From Schmidtea nova (lineage: Eukaryota), in assembly GCA_044892505.1 (NCBI GenBank), contig CM097882.1, positions 562,030,001 to 562,094,000 on the forward strand: DNA of 64,000 nt, written 5' to 3'. The notes beneath the pieces were generated by a model. It was not told the origin of the DNA and searched no databases. It saw only the letters and a list, made by a program, of their open reading frames with translations. Below are positions 25,490 through 36,382 of this stretch, piece by piece (the first letter of the stretch is position 1; every line of letters begins with the position of its first letter). The position numbers and the translations under genes are program-made.

Positions 25490-27483
25490 ATGGCTGAGAA
25501 GGAAAAAGAAAGCGATTGGATTCAATCCAAAGAAAAGAGAAGTGAAATTTGGACTCATCTATTAATTAACAGCAAAGACAATAATATTTTAAAGTGCAAA
25601 CACTGTGACACTACATTTCGGTTGCATAAAACAACGACGTCATACAGGTATCATATGCAACACAAACATAATTTGTGTAAAGTGGTTGCTTCAACTTCAG
25701 CAGCAAGTCAAAATAATGACGCATCTAAAGTTACTTCGTTTTTTACCAAAAAATCTGCATCATCCCCAGGATACGTACTTGCTAAATTAACTGCATTAGA
25801 TCGCATACCGTTTGCTACTCTGGCAAATAGCGAAGAAATCAAAAATGGATGGAAAGCCCAAGGTTTAAGTTTTCCTGTAACAGAAAAGGGTATCAAGGCT
25901 ATGGTGGTTGATTACGCAGATACGATTCAACAAGCTCTGAAAAACAAACTTAAATTGAAAATCGAAGCTTGGGAACGATTTTCTTTGTCTTTAGATGAGT
26001 GGACTTCAAAACGCAATCGTCGATATATGTGTCTAAATATTCACACCAAAGATAAAGATGTTTTTGGGCTTGGCATGATAAGAATAAAAGAAACCATGCC
26101 AGCAGCCAAAGCAGTTGAAATTGTAAAAAAGAAATTAAGCGAATATGACATTATTTTGAAAAAGCACATAGTGGCATTTGTGACAGATGGCGCCTCTGTA
26201 ATGAAAAAGATGGGTCGTTTGATGTGTATTTACCATCAAGTTTGCCACAGCCACGGAATACATTTGGCAGTTGTAGACGTCCTCTACAAAAAAAATTCAA
26301 CTACGTTTGAAGAAATAGACGAGGAAATCCAATTGGGAAATGAAAACGCTGGAGATCAATCTGATTACGATTCAAATGAAAGTGAAACAGAAAGTGAACT
26401 TCAATTTTGGATGGAAGAAAATCCTTCAGAACACATAAACTGCGCTCTAGCTGATTAATTTTCAACAGTTATTCAAAAAGTAAGAAAAATAGGTCGAATG
26501 TTTCGTAAATCTCCTGTTAAAAATGATGTGCTGCAAAAAGCCTGTAAAAATAAAATTGGTAAGGAATTAAATTTGATAATTGATACCTCCACAAGATGGA
26601 ATTCGCTGCTGGCTATGCTTAAACGGTTCTTGGAAATGAAAGACGTTATAAAAACAGTTTTACATGATTTGTCTGTTGTTCAAATTTTTCCTTCCAATTA
26701 TGAACTAAATGTTATTTCGGATATTGTCGAATCATTGGAAGTAATTGAAGTAAGCTCCTTGGCCCTGGCCAGGAAAGATTGCAACTTAATACAAGCAACA
26801 AAAATCTTTGAATTCTTATTGACAAAATAAAAGAGCAATCCCACTCAAGTGTGCTGGCACAAAAGTTTTGCACGTCAATGACTACCAGAATTAATGAGAG
26901 AAGGAACCCAAATCTTGAAGGATTACTGGTGTATTTGGATGACCCAATAAAATATTTAGAAAGTGTATCGGATGAAAACTTTGTTTTTAAAAAACCAACC
27001 AAAAATGAGCTCGCTAATACCGCTAAAGATTTTGCTAATATTTACTTATACCGCTTACTTATACCGCGGTTACTTATACCGCTTACAGAAAATCCATCCG
27101 AAGCTGATTCTGATTACGAAGATGAAAACGATGTTATAGAAATTGTATCTGAAAAAAGAGCAAAATATTCAAAAGCAGATGAGTTACAGGAATTCTTAAC
27201 TAAAGAACTTGCTAAAACCAATTCAACAGCTGCATTCAACTATAGTTTACAAGATATAAAAAGGGAAATGATGGTTTACGAACACAGTAAAATAAAAACA
27301 GATTTACTATCAAAAATTTATAATGGATTGTTGAGTGTGCGGCCATCATCAGTGGAGGCGGAAAGAAGCTTTAGTGCTGCTGGTTTGTTCGTTACAAAGC
27401 TCCGGACATCCTTGAACGACAATACGTTGGATAAACTCTGCTTCCTACGTGCACATTTATTAAATGAAAAAAATACAAACTAA
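25490..27483 (+). mobile_element. hAT transposase pseudogene (one stop, one frameshift); right TIR at 27701-27710
   Basis: BED finger (W..L...CKHC...YRYHMQHKH), SLSLDEWTS, VTDGASVM, CHSHGIHLAV, TRWNS and the dimerisation motif PSSVEAERSFSAAG. Subterminal aatcgatt repeats end in ccatgcccta. Left TIR not found. Confidence 0.92.
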
Positions 27484-27710
27484 ATATTTTATAATGTATT
27501 ATTTTATTTTTTACCTATATATGTACTGAATTTAATTTGAAGTGAAATAAACTTTTATTTTTGTTAAAATGCAGAAGTTATTTACTTAAAATACATATAA
27601 AAAAATTAATAAATTAATAAATTAATCGATTAATCGATTAATCGACTCAAAAACTGAACAATTAATCGTTAATCATTTTTCTCTAAAATCGATTAATCAA
27701 CCATGCCCTA

Positions 27711-28150
27711 GTTGTCAGGTTGTTGACGACGAATATTTGGTAGATGTAGGATGTTTTCCACAAGAGGAAACTATTGTACTAATACTATTGGTCGAGCTTC
27801 CAGAAGACCAATAGGCAACGCTGAGATTGCCAGATAATGCTGAGTTGGAGAATGACGAAATCTCTCTCGAGCAACAACAAGCAGGTTCTGATACCCGTCA
27901 GCAGACAGGAGAAACCGTAGGTTTAGATGCTGAACTAGACAAATATTTACGGGAATTCGACAACACTGAGGATGAGTTGGTTGAGATAATGCCACCTATG
28001 AAAGATGAAAATATAAGATTAAACCGAAATGAAACGAACATCGGAGCTAGTACTTCGCAGGGAATTGGGCCACCAAGAGATAGGATGAGCCCGAGATTTG
28101 TTGAAAATAGGAGAAAGAAGGAGAGAAGGGGGAGACCAAGAAAGAGTTAA
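27711..28150 (+). pseudogene. ORF X: acidic, then basic segment ending in an AT-hook-like RGRPRK; 5' truncated
   Basis: One reading frame from 27713 with an internal TAG; its TAA (28148-28150) is immediately followed by the in-frame ATG of the Bcl-2-like ORF. Confidence 0.5.
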
Positions 28151-28651
28151 ATGAACCCGCCTCCAAGAGAACTCCTAAGGCCCGTTACTATACAAAGCGT
28201 AAACAGGCAGGTCTTGGCAGGGATAGCCAGCCAAATTGATAAAAGCGCAAGATATTTTAGTAGTAAAACAGAAACGTGGAGGAGATTGAACCAAATATTA
28301 CGACTGATGAAGCTTGAATGGCAAATCACGAAAGAAAAAGTTATAAATGTCGAGAGAATTACCGACAAGATTAAAAAGGCAATGAAAAAGATTCCGGGAG
28401 GCACCACGGAACAAGAACTGTTTGAAGTAGCAGAACAATTTATGCAAGAAGGGTTGACAAAAGGGAAAATGATAACAATTTTAGCCCTAATGTTTAAAAA
28501 CACCTTAATAATACTTAAGGATGATCCGTCAGGAATTCAATTAGCCTTAAACAGGCTGACTAATATTATAGAAGTGAATTTTGAAACATGGATGACTGAA
28601 CACAAGTTTTGGGAGACAAATGAAATGAAACGAAAGGAAAATATGAGATAA
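28151..28651 (+). CDS. Bcl-2-family-like protein (166 aa)
   Basis: LFEVAEQFMQEG-LTKGKMITILALMFKNTLIILKDD-PSGIQLALNRLTNIIEVNFETWMTEHKFW aligns to human BAX 92-158 (FFRVAADMFSDGNFNWGRVVALFYF...P130...W151IQDQGGW158) with two single-residue gaps. G103, G108, P130, W151 and W158 are conserved; BH3-like RRLNQILRLMKLE lies upstream. Confidence 0.7.
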   Translation: MNPPPRELLRPVTIQSVNRQVLAGIASQIDKSARYFSSKTETWRRLNQILRLMKLEWQITKEKVINVERITDKIKKAMKKIPGGTTEQELFEVAEQFMQEGLTKGKMITILALMFKNTLIILKDDPSGIQLALNRLTNIIEVNFETWMTEHKFWETNEMKRKENMR

Positions 28652-28662
28652 ACGAGGATTTA

Positions 28663-30783
28663 TTGACAGAACATATCCCAAGTAATCCACGGGGAATGGG
28701 TGGATTCACTAACTGGATGATGTTATTATTAATGATGGGAATATTGCGACAGGAAAATTCCTTAACAGCATATGATTGCAGCGAACCGATACTAGCAAGA
28801 ATTTATTCATTAGTAGACACAGTGGAATGCAAGGAAGCGTATCCAGATAAAGTTGCTAAACGGGATGATGCTGAATATCATGTTTATCAACAAACAGAGT
28901 TTTATAGGACCAGGGTGAGGGAATGTCGAATACAGAGAGCGACATTTGAGTATTACTGTGGAACAAACAGTTATACAGCATTTCTGGGAGCTAAGCTTAT
29001 CCCGGTACCATTGATAATCCCACCAGAGGATTGCATAAATGCTTTTCTATCGAAAAAATGTTAAAATAGATGATGAAGTGACAATCACATCAGAGGAAGG
29101 AAAGAAGCTGGGTATAACGATTACCAGGGGAGGACCGATATCAGATGATGGTTCTTGCACCGGGAGAAAGAAATTAAGAGGTTCTAATATTGTAAGTTAT
29201 GTTGTAACTGTCGAGGATTACACAGTAGAATTGATAGAATATGAAGGAACCTTTGAAGTAGCTACGGGGAAGATGATGTCCCATCCTGAATGTAATGTGA
29301 AGTTTGGGTATTGTAAAACCAGTACAGCGGTACTGACGTATCAATCAATGAGAGAATTTTGCGATTTGGGATACCTGAAAAAAGTAGTATTTTCAAGGCT
29401 TGATGGGAAAAGTTTTACATCGCAAGATTCACACCAAAGCGGGTGGGGAGATAAGATCACCCACAAAATGAAAAAAGAGAAAGTGCCTGAGAAAAGCATA
29501 GCAGTAGTATTAGTCGCAAAAGATCCTACAGATGCAATACGATTAGTTAGAAAGAAGCAGATAACAAAATGTGGTGTGCCAATATTCGAGACAAACTATA
29601 AGGGAATATTTTTAGCATACAAATATGTTCCGGCAGCGGAAACATTACATCTGTCAGATATAAAGATAGCGAAATATATCAATAATAAAATTGACTTTTT
29701 GTATCATGATTTACAGCAGCAATTACTAGACGTTTATCAGGAAGTGATCTTGAACGATTGCCGTTTAAACAGGGAAATAATACGGAATAGATTAGCAACA
29801 TCTATCTCAAACCCTGATTTAGTAATGCCAATGTTAACCGAGGAGGGAACGTTTGGTAGAATTTCGGGAGAAGCAATTTATAGTTATCAATGTAAAGAGG
29901 TGGAGGTAAAAATTACCAAATACGACCAATGCACTTAAGAGCTCCCAGTAAAATATAAAGGAAAATTAAGATTCATGATACCAGTATCACATCAGTTGAT
30001 GGGAGAAGATGCAACTCCATTGAAGACAATTTGTAATCCAGCAATGTCACCATTATACAAAATTAACAATATATGGATTTCTTTACCAGATAGAAAACCA
30101 CCTTCTAAACCAGTAGAAGTGTTGCAGGCCACTAAACTAGAAACTAAAATGGAATTTCGACCATTGAATGAGATGTCAAAGAGGGAGTATATACTCAGGA
30201 AGATATTGAAGAAGCTAGGATAGCAATAGTGTTTCCTTAAATCAGAGATCGAGGAGTGACAGAGATAATAACTAGAATTTATCAATCATACGACGGAAAA
30301 CCGTATAACAATTTATTTTTTGGACCAGAAAACTACAAGCAAGCCGCATCAAATGTGATTCGGAGAATCTGGGGAAGATTCACAAGCTTTGGAATTTTCG
30401 TAACAGGATGTTCAGGCATATACGCAATAGTGATGATATTGAAAATAATCATATCGCAATTATTTTCCACATATAGTATCTTCAAGATTGGAGGATGGTC
30501 TTGGAAGTTACTATTGGGAATGTTCCCAGTTTGTGCAGATTTCGCAGCATTTCATCATCATAATAAAGAGATTAAGAAAATGAAAAGACAAAATGTGACG
30601 AAGCACGAAATAATAAAGTATGAATATAGTCATCGAGACGATGACAATTCTGACGAGGGAGGTAACCTAGAGGGCGACAAGACTTCATATAACACCTCAA
30701 CAAAACCAGACAACAAAAAACCGAATTTTCAAAATTTTGAAATTAGTACTTTTCAACAGTACCCTGTTAAAACAAAAAGATGA
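28663..30783 (+). pseudogene. Chuvirus/Monjiviricetes-type class III (gB-like) fusion glycoprotein, several lesions
   Basis: Signal peptide WMMLLLMMGIL, then TAYDC, YSLVDTVEC, Q..F..TRVREC...YYCG, GSCTG, YINNKIDF, DCRLNRE, GEAIYSYQCKEV, C.ELPVKY, WISLP and a C-terminal TM region: the characteristic cysteine and motif series of this glycoprotein family. Confidence 0.88.
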
Positions 30784-33700
30784 AAACAACAGGAATGGCC
30801 TGTGAAATATGTGTCACCATATGAAACTAGGAGAAAGAAGTGGAAGAGGAGATGTTGAGGCGTTTTGATTTTAGGACAAACGCAGGTATGTCAGAACCTC
30901 CTACACATTCAAAGTACCACATGAAATTCGAGACAATGCCACCTTTGGGCACATCGGTATTAGAGACAGTACCAAAATATCCATTTAGCACGTTGGAGCG
31001 GCTAAAGGAAAATTATCAAGATGAAATAAAATCGGAAGATGACAGAGATAGCGAGAATCAACAGAAATTTAGAGACAATATTTGAGGAATCTCAACAGTG
31101 TTTATGGCAAATTCAAGTAAAAATACGCACAAGCCTACAATTAAACTAAAGGTTAATAGACAACGGTTCATGCCATTATCGATTCAGGATCAGATTTACA
31201 CTGATCGAAGCAAATTTATTAAATGAAAAAGAATTACTAGCAATAGTACCGACATTAACTATTGCATCAGGAGCAAATTGACAGCCAATCAATGTTATTG
31301 GGACATTAGATTGTGAACTAAGGTTGTGCGACCAGAAATTTAGATACGATATCAAGGTCACCAGACACTGTATGGCAGAATGTATCGTGGGAATGGATAT
31401 ACTGAAAAAGTTAAAAGACATTATATTTGATTGTGCAACAGGCGAATTGGTAAAAATGACGGGTAGAAAACGGAAAACATATAATGTTGATGTAGTCTTT
31501 CTGGATAGAACAGTAAGAATACCACCAAGAACTGAAACAGTTTGTTTTGTGGCAACACACTAAGAGGTTGAGGAAGATGTTATTTTCGAACCAAGTGAGC
31601 AGTTCATAAATAGATATAAAACACCTATGGTGCAAAATTTGGCAACAGAACGGGGAGGAAGAATCCCAATTAGATTAACGAATCTCGCGAATAAGTCATT
31701 GAGGTTGTACCCAGAGACGAGAGTAGGTAAAGTGATACAACTTTCTATTCCAAGGAAAGTGTCTGAATCAATATTATCGGTGAAAGAGGAGGAACAGGAT
31801 CCTGATATTGAGTATTACGATGTACCTAGTTGTGATAGTAAAACTTTAACTAGAAAAGAGAATATTAGAGTTAATCAATTGTTACGAAAATATGATCAAG
31901 TTTTTGCAAAACACGAATATGACTTAGGGCAAGTTAATATCCTAGAACATGAGATTAAATTAACAGAAAGTAAACCAATAAAGATACGCCCGTATAGAAT
32001 CCCTCAAAGTATACAAAGGTCCGTAGATAAACAAATTAAATTAATGCAAAAGTATAATATAATTAGACCAAGTAAATCTCCATATTCTTCGCCCTTGGTG
32101 GTTGTAGCTAAGAGATATGGTTCAGTTAGGTTATGTAATGACTATAGGAAATTAAATGAACAAACTGTAAGTGATAATCACCCACTACCTTTGTTAGATT
32201 ATATATACGATAAAATGAAAAATTCGAAACTGTTTACTGTGATGGATGCACAGAAAGGATTCTATCAAATAAAAATGATCGAAGACTCAATTCCTATGAC
32301 AGGATTTTCAACTAGTAGTGATCATTTTGAAAATTTAGTAATGCCGTTTGGACTAAAAGGAGCACCTCCAACTTTTCAGAGGGCTATGAATATTATGCCG
32401 ATGGATGCACATCATGCAATGATATATATTGACGACATTATTATCTTCTCGGAAGATTTAGATAAGCACTTAGAACATCTTGAGGATATATTTAAACGGC
32501 TAATTATGGCAAATCTGAAAGTAAAACCAAGTAAATGCAAGTGGGCAGGATCGGAAGTGATTTACGTAGGCCATGTAATATCACACGATTGCGTAAGATC
32601 AGATCCGGCTAACACGGATAAAGTAAAGAATCTCCCACAACCAGTGAATGTGAAACAAATCAAAGGATTTTTAGGGTTGACGGGATATTATAGGAAATTT
32701 ATTCGGAATTTCTCTGCGATCGATTTTCCTTTAACTACGCTAGAAAAGAAAGGAGTAAAAATTCTTATGGGGAGAGGATCAGCAGCAAGCGTTTGATAAG
32801 TTGAAAGATGCGTTATGCAAACCACCAATTTTACGGTTTCCAGATTTTAAAAGACAATTCATGGTGATGACCGATGCATGCACAAGAGGCATAGGCGCAG
32901 TTTTGGGACAGAAAAACGAAATTGGTGATGAATACGCAGTAGCATACGCAAGTCGTGGGTTAAAGCCACACGAAAAAAGTTACACAGTGATAGAATTAGA
33001 AGCACTGGCGTTAGTATTTGCAGTGGAGAAATTTAGTCATTACCCGTGGGGCAGAAAGGTAATTTTCTAAACCGATCATAGACGATTGCAATGGCTTTTG
33101 AAACATAGAGATGAGGCGTCGAAATTGGTAAGATGGGCATTGAGATTGCAGCCCTATAATATCGAGATCGTTTATCGAAAAGGTAAAGCCAACGGCAATG
33201 CAGATGCATTATCGCTGATTGAACAAGAACCGGAAGCGGAAGATGTAAAAGAAGGAAGACTGGAATGAACAATCTTTATGTTAACGAGAGAAGCAAATAC
33301 GTTGACTGATTTGGTAGAGGCGCAGAAGAGTGATGACGAGATCAACATGATCAGACAAGCCATCGAAGCAAAAGCCATACCAAGCGAATTTCAAAAATAT
33401 TGGTAGAAACATAAAGATAAATTTATCTTGGAAGAAGGGTTAATTAAATATGTGGAGACGAGAGATAATGTAATATTAGTGCCAAAGAAGTATAGAGAGT
33501 CGTTGCTATTACAATATCACGATGGAGCATTGGGAGGACATCTCTCAGCGAGACATACATTGTCTAGATTGAAAACAAAATACTTTTGGCCATATATGAA
33601 AGATGATGTAAAGAAGTGGTGTCAAACGTGTAAAGTATGTGTAACAAGGAGGAATACAGGTAAGAAACCTCATGTACCTCTAAAGCCAATGTCAGTACCA

Positions 33701-34682
33701 TCCTCGCCTATGGAGATGACGGCTATGGATGTACTTGGGCCGTTTAAGGAATCAACGATGGGAAACAAGTTTATATTAGTCTTTTGCGACTACTTAACAA
33801 AGTGACCGGAAGCATTTCCGATTCGAAACCATAAAGCAGATACAATTGCCAGAATATTTGTTGAGCAGATTGTATTTAGGTATGGAGTTCCATCAAAATT
33901 GCTTACCGACAGAAGAAAGGATTTCATGAGCAATTTGTTAAAAAGCATAAATTATTTTGGTATATTAAAGTTAAACACATCTCGTATCACCCACAAACGG
34001 ATGGGTTGGTAGAGGTTCAATGGAACCTTGGCAAATATGTTGTCATCATATGTGAACTCAGGACAGATGGATTGGGATGTGCATATACCGTCATGTTTGT
34101 TCGCATATAGGAATGCAATTCATTCAGTCACAGGAGAAACGACTTTTATCTAATGTACCTAAGGCATAGCAAGATGCCAGTAGATCTCATATTTTATCCG
34201 AAAGCTTCGCAAAACTGTGACGAAGGGAATTATTTATTTGAAATGAGAGAAAGAATGCAAGAAGCTTGGGAAAAGCAGGCTTAAAAATTCGTTATAACCA
34301 GGAGACAATGAAAGAATACCATGACCGTAAAGCAAAAGAGCATGGATTCTTAGTGGGAGATTATGTCATGTTAGAGGGACATTATAACAAAAAAGATTTG
34401 TAACCGAAACTTATGAGGAATTACAAAGGACCATATCAAATATTGAAGGCTACAGAGACAAATTTGATCTTGCAGTCGGTGGCAAACAAGAAAGCAGAAC
34501 CAATCATGGTTCACGCAAATAGATGCAAAAAGATAGCTCCACCGGAGAAAGAGAAACCGAAATCAGAAATAGACGAATTCGAAATAAATAAGCAATCGAA
34601 AAAGAAAACTTTGGAATCATATAAAAGTATCCTAAAGGGTCAACCAGAACGATACCCTTTACGATCTAGACAGATTCCTAAA
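30781..34682 (+). pseudogene. pol of element E (PR, dUTPase-like spacer, RT, RNase H, integrase), many stops/frameshifts
   Basis: AIIDSGSD at about 31172; RT SPYSSPLVVV, CNDYRKLN, YIDD; RH TDACTRGIGAVL; IN YHDGALGGH...CQTCKVC, MDVLGP, GPY. Confidence 0.92.
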
Positions 34683-35117
34683 ACGGTTACATTTTTAACA
34701 ATAATCAGCTGCGTCATGATGGTAGGTCAAGCATTCGAGAAGTTTGTACCAGAGTCGAGTCAACATCCAGATATATGATATCGACGAACTGATAGGGCTT
34801 TTAGATTCTATTTAAAGAGTATAAAATGGCAAAGATACGATTTATATCTGACAACACCTGAGAAAGGAATATCTTTCCATTTAAACAAATGGGATAGAGT
34901 GAAAGAGATAGGAGGACTAATGCCAAACACCGGATATCTCTTGGAAATCAAGACCTTTTTTGCGGATCCAGACGTTTCTGCAGACGGAGGAAATTGTGAT
35001 GACAAAGCGGGATGGATTTTGAAAACAGCAGTATTTACGGAAAAAGTAGAGATTTCTTATCATGGGCAGACGGTAAAATTCGCGCATGAGTATTGGATGA
35101 AAAATAATAGAATCACG

Positions 35118-35198
<81 letters not shown>

Positions 35199-35688
35199 AA
35201 ATATGAAGAGTCAAAAGATTGGTACTCAAACAATCATATCAAGGTCGAAAATGGACAATACGACCAAAAGTGGTTACGAAAGCCAATATAACATACTTGG
35301 AGTTTTCAGAGAAAATTGGTTGGTATACAGTACATCATGAATTGGTAGATCTGGTACCACATGCAATGGAGAAACTAACTAGCATGCAAGGGAGAGCTAG
35401 ATTAGTAAATATTCCTGGGTGTAAAGGAATAAGCCAAATGGATTTGAGGAACCTAAGAAAGGTAGTGAGTAAAATGCAACCCCTTGTAAATAAACTTCTA
35501 ACCAATTGTACCTGTCAAAGAGAAACTAGGGGATGTTACAAGATAAAATGCCAAATTGGCTATTTGTAGTTATAATAAGGGGAGTAACCAGTATGGTTTT
35601 AGTATTAGTAATAGTAACCCTTTGGATGTTTCAATTAACTTTAAGGGACAAACGTTATTGGGAAAATTATTACGAGACTGAGGTATAG
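34683..35688 (+). pseudogene. Second membrane glycoprotein (GP2) fused downstream of integrase
   Basis: RYPLRSR followed in frame by signal-like TVTFLTIISCVMMVGQA (34683-34733), a ~280 aa Cys-containing domain interrupted by (TA)n at about 35121-35193, and TM WLFVVIIRGVTSMVLVLVIVTLWMF with a short tail ending TAG at 35686-35688. Confidence 0.6.
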
Positions 35689-35890
35689 GGGGGAAGTCTC
35701 ACCAGAGTATAGGTAGTGTAAATATATAATTATATTTTTGATATTAGTATTTATAATTATGTAGATAATGGTGTTGGCTCAAAGGACCAATTGTAAAATC
35801 AGACATCAGCGTATGTCAACTTATTTTACCCTGGGAGGGTCTATGAAAAAGTGATAAAATCTTTTAATTATTTTTATTTTTTAGAAAACC

Positions 35891-36382
35891 ATGAATTCTA
35901 CCGAAGAATCAAGAGTTCCGACAAAATCAAACAGACAACACCCTATGATTACGTACAATTCCCAAAATAGAAGTAATATAGAAGTATACAGCACATACAA
36001 AGAGGAGTATGTTTACAGGTTCATAGGAACCACGGTGGCGACGAAGATGAATTACTGGTATTATCCAAGGAGGGTGGATATCCCAAATTATTATAAATTC
36101 CCAGGCGGAACTCGAAGGCAAATGATGGTGACGGTTGTGAACAACCAAGGTAGAATTAAAGTAGCAGAGTTATGCAGAGAATATGGCTCATGCCCTAAGT
36201 TAGAAAATATATGGCTTCATGCGATCAACAGACAGATTACTGTATTTATGGCTGGAATGGAACTACCAGTGGAATTAGATAAGCATTGCACATTGGAGGT
36301 GTATCATGCTGATGGTAGAGAACGTAACATAATGTTGCAAGCATCCGCAGTAAATACTATAACCTTACCCAATTGTGAGTAG
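35891..36382 (+). CDS. Cargo ORF (163 aa), possibly a very degenerate DEDDh exonuclease-fold copy
   Basis: MMVTVVNNQGRI, WLHAINRQ and LEVYHA echo the DEDDh motifs CSLVN..G, HGIT and LVGHN; weak similarity. Confidence 0.35.
   Translation: MNSTEESRVPTKSNRQHPMITYNSQNRSNIEVYSTYKEEYVYRFIGTTVATKMNYWYYPRRVDIPNYYKFPGGTRRQMMVTVVNNQGRIKVAELCREYGSCPKLENIWLHAINRQITVFMAGMELPVELDKHCTLEVYHADGRERNIMLQASAVNTITLPNCE

Noticed and set aside
28151-28651. Interpretation of this ORF as Gag
   Set aside because: No capsid major-homology region or zinc knuckle; the residue pattern fits BH1/BH2 better, though this needs a profile search.
35121-35193. IYIYIY stretch as a TM helix in GP2
   Set aside because: It is a (TA)n microsatellite expansion; similar tracts occur at about 39160, 56112 and 59469.
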